A DNA stretch of 64,000 nt from Tetramitus jugosus (Eukaryota > Protista > Heterolobosea). Location: positions 341,573 through 405,572 of the forward strand of contig OW569387.1 of the NCBI GenBank assembly GCA_937625935.1, written 5' to 3'. Within the stretch, counting starts at the first letter, position 1. Each line of letters begins with the position of its first letter. The notes under the pieces are model-generated. The model was not told the DNA's origin and ran no database searches. It was given only the letters and a program-made list of their open reading frames with translations. Positions 58,069 through 64,000 of this stretch are shown piece by piece. Made by a program: the position numbers and the translations under genes.

Positions 58069-59451
58069 AGTATTACAGAGAGCTCATGAAGGATAAACGA
58101 AGAACTCTGATTCGGTCTTTAGATTCAAACACAATCACAAAGTGGGTAGCCAAAATGTTTAAATTCAAATTGGTCAAATGACGCTTTCTTACACGTGATT
58201 CAATCGGTCTTCTTTCAGAAATCAGAGAAACTCTCTCGGCACTAAATTGTTCATCATCTGGTTCTTCATAATCAGATACTGTATGTTTATCACTGCATAA
58301 TATAATGAAATAAAGCAAGCTTACTAGTGATCAAGCCCCAGTAGCTGTGCAGCACGTTGGAAACTTGAATGTTCATAGCAAGAATCACAGGACCATCACG
58401 AACCTCTACCTTTAGTTCTTTAATCCCCTTAAAAGAAGAAAGGTGGAAAGACCTACTAGAGTAGATTTACTAGTAGAACAGTTGGTGAAAATTGTCAAAG
58501 AGTCAGAGCATGAAGGCGTATGATAAGATTTTTGCTCTGATGCAAGAAGAGTATGATGACGAGATACTCTTCGCTGCAATCAGTAGATTGGACACTGATC
58601 ACTCGCCTGTTACTTTTACGAATGAAAGATTCTATGTTGTTGAACCAACTGCTTCTTCAACCATGTAATACAACCTTTTTTTATACTTGTTCGTCCTGCA
58701 TCTCATCTGTTTGTTTAGTCCTATGGACAATGACCCATTGATTTGCGATAATGTCATATCTTTCCAAATTGACAACATACACATCGTCATCAAAGTCAAC
58801 CAGTCTATTGGGAACCTCGTTGTACTCACAACACTTTTTCAAGTAAACAAGGATCTTGGATAAACTTCTGGAGTAGGAGGTTTCTGAATTGAACCTAAAG
58901 TTGCATCTGATTCTGTGCAGCATCAAGTTGTATAAAAAATTAACTTTGATTCTGTCACTTCTTTGCATCAGTCGTAAGCACGTTCATTATACTCATGTTC
59001 GAAACGTATGTATGCGATGAAGATGATGCGGTGCACGATAATAACTGCACTGGCTTGCTACTCGTTGTTTTGGCGTAAGTGAAAGTTCGCGAAGGTCCTT
59101 GCTTACTTTGTGTGTGTTCAGTTATATGCAGCCTCAACAATCACTCTTCTTCCCTGTTATTGGACATACAATCTAGTAGGTTTACAATGAAAACAAAACG
59201 ACACGTGGATCCACAACGTTACAACGAGAGAAAGAGCAAATACATTCTCTAAGTCGGTAAAAACAGTAAGGGTGTTTTCACCTCGGGCTCAATCTATAAA
59301 ACTCACACTCCAATCTCATGTCACTTCTTCTGGCCCCGTTGGTCTCTCTTCAATTCGTACGAAAAACGAAGGAGGCAAACATGGCGGCAGTGGTGGCAAC
59401 AATGAAAATTACTCTCAATTTTCTTCTCGTAGTCCCTCGATAGTTGGTGGT

Positions 59452-61428
59452 ATGCCATTATCGATGAAGAGACAGCGTCTTGAGATGGCGGGTATATACC
59501 ATCAACTACCACCACCAAAGAGAATATACTATTACAAAGGTATCAATCATGTGACTAGTAGTAATAGCAGTATTGGTATTATGGCAACTGCGAGTACTAG
59601 TACCAGTAGCGGTGGTGATAACGACATGAAGCAGAAGAATACTCACGAGAACACATCAACTACTGCTTTAGTAACAATTATCAGTGACGATGAAGAAGAT
59701 GGATGCTCCTTAAATCGCAGTGGTGGTAAATCAACACCTGCACCACCTGCGATGTTGACGGCGACACCTTCTCGACATGCAAGCGCTCCTCCATCCTCTA
59801 TTAGAACCAATTTACTTGGTACGAACATGCCAACATTTTTGGTAGCGAATGCATCCTCAGTTTCAGCAAGCAAATTTGGAAGCTATGCACAACAACAGTC
59901 TACGGGGGGACGTCATCCAACAACTACGCCTTCACCAATAATAACCGCCACAGTCACACCAGTTTCTGCTCCAATAGCTTCTCTGTGGACACAAAAGATA
60001 CCACTTGAGGTAGTCGAGAAACAAGTGTACAATCCTCAAGAAGATGGTGATCAGCAATATGATGAATTTGACGAGAACGATTACAATCATGATGTTGTTC
60101 AGGCAGCAATTGCCATGTACCGTTTTCAACTCCCGATGAAACCAGAGGAGGAACAAGGTGTAGGAACGACGTCATCTGTTATACCAGCACAACCAACTTT
60201 GACACCAGTTGCTTCTTCCTACAACAATATCAATGTCAACGAAATGGAAATTGAGAGAGAACAGCAGAGGAAGCAGGAGGAAATTCAGAAACGCGTAGAA
60301 CAAGAGCAACGGAAGCAGCACTCGCTCCAGATGCAACAATTAAAGGAACAACAAGTACGACAAATGGATATTTTTAAGCGACAGCAATGGTACCAACAAG
60401 AACGGTTGCGAAGACAGCAAGAAGAGGAATTGCGTATGATAATGTCAGGCCAGAGTCCCCTTGTTCTCGATGCGATAGCCAAAGAGTTACCGATAAAACC
60501 AATCACGATACCTCTGGAGCAACCAGTTACATCAAGAGTTAATGAAATGGAAGCATTACAAAGGATGCCAGCGTCACAGTTTCGCAAACGACCTATAGAG
60601 CAAAATGAAATGGAGGGTTGCTTCCAGCTTACTAAACCCAAACGATCTCAAGATATAGATGAAATGGAGGGGTACTTTCAGATAACTAAACGCAAGATGC
60701 CATCTTCCCAGAATCCTGTTGATGTGCTAAACTATATGACAACAATGAGCCACGTACTAGTTATTGCACTCATCAAAATCAAACCAAATAAGGGAGCTGT
60801 AAAGAGGCCTAGAGGAGGTTTGACTTATTGGGAGATTGCCAATATATATACTCCTCCAACAGCAGCATCTGCGCCAGCAATCGTACCTTCGATAGATGTG
60901 TATGGAAGACCTATTGCTTTTCAAACTCCAGATGATCACTTTCTCACCATAAGATCCGGAAATAAGGGTGTGAATGAGAATGGAAGCCATAATAGGATTA
61001 TGTATGCCTTGTTCTGTAGAATTCCTGCTGCTTGTTGCTATACTCGTACAGAGAATGGAGAAATAATAGTTATTGACCCTGACGTCACAAAGGTCTCTGT
61101 GCAAGCAAGAAGGTGCAGTTCTATGGAAGATATGGAAACCCAAGAGAGTGTTCTGGTTGATAAGCGGCGAATATATAAGTGTGCTATTAGTGATCATGAG
61201 ATCATCTATTATGCATATATAGCACTCAGATTCGACATTTCCCAAGACTCAACCAAATCACTCAAGCATGTGATTCAAGTACTGTACAATGGACACACGA
61301 TAGCACAATCAAAGTTGTGCAAGTTTGTCAGTGGTCGCTGGAACAGCAAGGCTATTCTTTCACAAAAAACTCCATCCGTTGAACAGGATTTTGTTTGCTA
61401 CAATATCAAACAGATATCTCAAGCTTGA
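59452..61428 (+). CDS. Hypothetical protein: S/T/P- and Q-rich N-terminus, beta-rich C-terminal domain (possible transcription factor)
   Basis: Long intact ORF, first ATG at 59452; NLS-like KRQRL and KRPR; Q/E coiled coil. Function is inferred only. Confidence 0.55.
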   Translation: MPLSMKRQRLEMAGIYHQLPPPKRIYYYKGINHVTSSNSSIGIMATASTSTSSGGDNDMKQKNTHENTSTTALVTIISDDEEDGCSLNRSGGKSTPAPPAMLTATPSRHASAPPSSIRTNLLGTNMPTFLVANASSVSASKFGSYAQQQSTGGRHPTTTPSPIITATVTPVSAPIASLWTQKIPLEVVEKQVYNPQEDGDQQYDEFDENDYNHDVVQAAIAMYRFQLPMKPEEEQGVGTTSSVIPAQPTLTPVASSYNNINVNEMEIEREQQRKQEEIQKRVEQEQRKQHSLQMQQLKEQQVRQMDIFKRQQWYQQERLRRQQEEELRMIMSGQSPLVLDAIAKELPIKPITIPLEQPVTSRVNEMEALQRMPASQFRKRPIEQNEMEGCFQLTKPKRSQDIDEMEGYFQITKRKMPSSQNPVDVLNYMTTMSHVLVIALIKIKPNKGAVKRPRGGLTYWEIANIYTPPTAASAPAIVPSIDVYGRPIAFQTPDDHFLTIRSGNKGVNENGSHNRIMYALFCRIPAACCYTRTENGEIIVIDPDVTKVSVQARRCSSMEDMETQESVLVDKRRIYKCAISDHEIIYYAYIALRFDISQDSTKSLKHVIQVLYNGHTIAQSKLCKFVSGRWNSKAILSQKTPSVEQDFVCYNIKQISQA

Positions 61429-61473
61429 TTCACCAAGTTTTACATAAATTATTAGCAATATCTTTGGCGGCAA

Positions 61474-61674
61474 CTATTTGAAGTAATCAGCTGGAATATA
61501 ATCCAAAATGTCGTTGTCTTTCATCCCTAATTTTTTGGCAGTATCACTACCAGAAATTCTGCGCCATTGTACGTGAATGTCCTCTCTTCGGCTCGTGGTA
61601 TTTGTTGCATCATACAGTACTTCATGTGTGATTGGACATAGAAATCCCTGTAAAGGTACATCAAAGTTGGTCAT
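61474..61674 (-). pseudogene. Short chimeric remnant: U-box start fused to a SUMO-like C-terminal half
   Basis: FLCPITHEV resembles a U-box start. TFTYNG/[fs]RRISGSDTAKKLGMKDNDILD resembles SUMO/SLD strands. Confidence 0.45.
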
Positions 61675-61686
61675 CTTTTGTGCAAG

Positions 61687-61709
61687 TTGGGTTGGGTTTG
61701 GGTTTGGGT
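61687..61709 (+). repeat. Interstitial telomere-like repeat
   Basis: TTGGG TTGGG TTTGGG TTTGGG T, in the same orientation as the telomere. Confidence 0.8.
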
Positions 61710-62141
61710 CTGTCTTGTTGTTAAGGAAAACCCGAGAATTTTGCTGTATTTGGTATCAGAGCGTTGAAATTTACAGTTTAGTGTAAAAAAAAAAAATTGA
61801 GTTCGGTTGAGTTGTGGCTTACAGGTTGAGGGAGTAAAAAGAAGACATATAGGACAAGAGCTGCATGACTTTTGGAGTCTATGATCAGATCGGAGATATT
61901 GAGGTTCAACGAACAGGGAGGTTCACGGTCCAGGACCGTGAAATGATTTCCTGAATTTCATCTCAGGTCATTTGTCAGTGGAGCTTTTTGGGATCCAGCA
62001 AAGAATTTCGACCAATGGGCGAAGTGATTGTAACGGATTAAGAAGGAATACAACGCACCAACATGAATATGACAGAAGACTTGTGAAGGAGTTCAACCTG
62101 AAATACAATGACAGTCAATAGTTAGCTATTTGTCTTGATCA

Positions 62142-62159
62142 TGGGTTTGGGTTTGGGTT
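62142..62159 (+). repeat. Interstitial telomere-like repeat
   Basis: TGGG TTTGGG TTTGGG TT, in the same orientation as the telomere. Confidence 0.75.
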
Positions 62160-62377
62160 GTCACATATCGGCTAGCCAAGACTGGCTGAATACAGTCAAC
62201 TGTACGTTGTAAAGGTTGTTTTTGTATTCTTTATGGTCTGAAATGTTCAACTTAAGCTTTGTGTGGAAAAACTCACTATAGATTGTGAACTAGCCCCCAA
62301 ACTGTGATATGGAGTTGGGTTTTGAACTCAGAAAACCCAAATCTCTATGAGCTATTGACTGATGAGTCGATAAAAAA

Positions 62378-62680
62378 TAGGCGGAACCAGCCATTTCGGC
62401 CTAGAAAAGCCTTTTTACAGAGGAACTCTCTGGTTCCGCCTAAAAGTTGGACTCACAAGCGGAACCAGCTGGTTCCGCCTAAAAGAGCTTTTTTTCAGAG
62501 GAACTATCTGGTTCCGCCTAAATTATCGACTTTACAGAGGAACCAGCTGGTTCCGCCTAAAACTTGCTTTGTCAGTGGAACTATCTGGTTCCGCCTGTAA
62601 TATGACTTTTTCAGTGGAACCAGCTGGTTCCGCCTAAACGCACACATGTCTAAGAGGAACCAGATAGTTCCGCATAAAAA
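62378..62680. repeat. Telomere-associated array of 8 palindromic ~39-bp units with variable spacers
   Basis: Cores start at 62383, 62422, 62461, 62500, 62539, 62577, 62616 and 62656. Consensus GGAAC-N6-GTTCCGCCTAAA followed by about 15-17 nt of variable sequence. Confidence 0.92.
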
Positions 62681-63150
62681 GATTTCTACAGAGAAACTTG
62701 TAACTGAGATCAGAAAGGTTCGGACATCTGAAGGAAGATACATTGTGACAGAGACGGTTGAACTGCAAGATTGAAGTCCTTCATAAATTGTTTGTAATGC
62801 TTAGTCGGTGAATACAATAGCCTGATGAATGCATTCTCGACTGGGAATGACATTGTCCAGTAACCGAAACGTGGGAAAAGGAAAAGACGAAGGACACGGC
62901 AGGAAATATTTTGTAACAAAGAATGATGAAGGAAGGTTCAACATGGATGAAGGAGTGTTGTTAGAATTACAATGAGAGTTTTGACATCGAGTGCAGAGAT
63001 GCATGGAGCAAATTGAGAGGAAGTTGTAACAAGTGTTAGGAAGAAGTATCAAGGAAGTGAGAACAAGATTACAATGGTGGACATTGTATTCCTGCATAAA
63101 AATTGATTTTGAGATGGTTTTGTGATTTTGGTGAGAAAATAGATTTTGAC

Positions 63151-64000
63151 TTGGGTTTGGGTTTGGGTTTGGGTTTGGGTTTGGGTTTGGGTTTGGGTTT
63201 GGGTTTGGGTTTGGGTTTGGGTTTGGGTTTGGGTTTGGGTTTGGGTTTGGGTTTGGGTTTGGGTTTGGGTTTGGGTTTGGGTTTGGGTTTGGGTTTGGGT
63301 TTGGGTTTGGGTTTGGGTTTGGGTTTGGGTTTGGGTTTGGGTTTGGGTTTGGGTTTGGGTTTGGGTTTGGGTTTGGGTTTGGGTTTGGGTTTGGGTTTGG
63401 GTTTGGGTTTGGGTTTGGGTTTGGGTTTGGGTTTGGGTTTGGGTTTGGGTTTGGGTTTGGGTTTGGGTTTGGGTTTGGGTTTGGGTTTGGGTTTGGGTTT
63501 GGGTTTGGGTTTGGGTTTGGGTTTGGGTTTGGGTTTGGGTTTGGGTTTGGGTTTGGGTTTGGGTTTGGGTTTGGGTTTGGGTTTGGGTTTGGGTTTGGGT
63601 TTGGGTTTGGGTTTGGGTTTGGGTTTGGGTTTGGGTTTGGGTTTGGGTTTGGGTTTGGGTTTGGGTTTGGGTTTGGGTTTGGGTTTGGGTTTGGGTTTGG
63701 GTTTGGGTTTGGGTTTGGGTTTGGGTTTGGGTTTGGGTTTGGGTTTGGGTTTGGGTTTGGGTTTGGGTTTGGGTTTGGGTTTGGGTTTGGGTTTGGGTTT
63801 GGGTTTGGGTTTGGGTTTGGGTTTGGGTTTGGGTTTGGGTTTGGGTTTGGGTTTGGGTTTGGGTTTGGGTTTGGGTTTGGGTTTGGGTTTGGGTTTGGGT
63901 TTGGGTTTGGGTTTGGGTTTGGGTTTGGGTTTGGGTTTGGGTTTGGGTTTGGGTTTGGGTTTGGGTTTGGGTTTGGGTTTGGGTTTGGGTTTGGGTTTGG
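63151..64000 (+). repeat. Telomere (TTTGGG)n
   Basis: About 850 bp of uninterrupted TTTGGG running to the window end, with the G-rich strand pointing 3' outward. Confidence 0.98.

Noticed and set aside
58073-59140. Transposase remnant on the minus strand
   Set aside because: Looks like decayed coding sequence, but no DDE/RT motif or terminal repeats were found.
153-61245. Many short ORFs antisense to or nested in the long genes
   Set aside because: Shadow ORFs with non-ATG starts or no protein-like motifs.
61687-62340. Telomerase RNA gene (CCCAAACCC on the minus strand near hairpins)
   Set aside because: Template-like sequence is expected from interstitial telomere repeats; no other support.
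62378-62680. Calling the array a bona fide CRISPR
   Set aside because: Eukaryotic context, no cas genes, and spacers of only about 16 nt that are partly similar to each other. Reported as a repeat instead.
62304-62743. ORFs 62304-62600 (+) and 62504-62743 (-) with RNQLVPPK repeats
   Set aside because: By-products of the 39-bp palindromic period; they read similarly on both strands and the frame breaks at the 38/40-bp units.

Overview
Gene-dense, intron-poor eukaryotic chromosome end. The window finishes in about 850 bp of perfect (TTTGGG)n telomere (63151-64000). The code is standard, introns are short GT-AG (about 60-120 nt, mostly GTATGT/GTAAGT/GTACGT donors), and proteins carry N/Q/T/S/H homopolymers. 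Together these suggest a heterolobosean (Naegleria-like) amoeba, which is inference only. Positions 1-43.4 kb are a mostly intact core: ATG16-like WD40, UXT-like prefoldin, kinesin-1, two tandem two-pore K+ channels, intron-containing tRNA-Leu(UAG), a Crinkler-type NTPase+REase gene, Cdc25/ACR2-like rhodanese, a Rap1-like Myb+RCT protein, mitochondrial Lon, a TOPLESS-like LisH/CTLH propeller protein, Rrp41, LDAH, MutY, sulfiredoxin, a CBM52-like secreted protein, TPR-F-box-LRR, a GATA factor, MacroD and Ski2. After about 43.5 kb the region becomes a subtelomeric zone of chimeric, frameshifted or decayed genes. It holds one intact secreted R-S-E ADP-ribosyltransferase, interstitial telomere repeats and hairpins. 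About 480 bp from the telomere sits a CRISPR-like array of eight ~39-bp units, each with a conserved palindromic core and a variable spacer. All family calls come from motif recognition by eye; no database searches were run.
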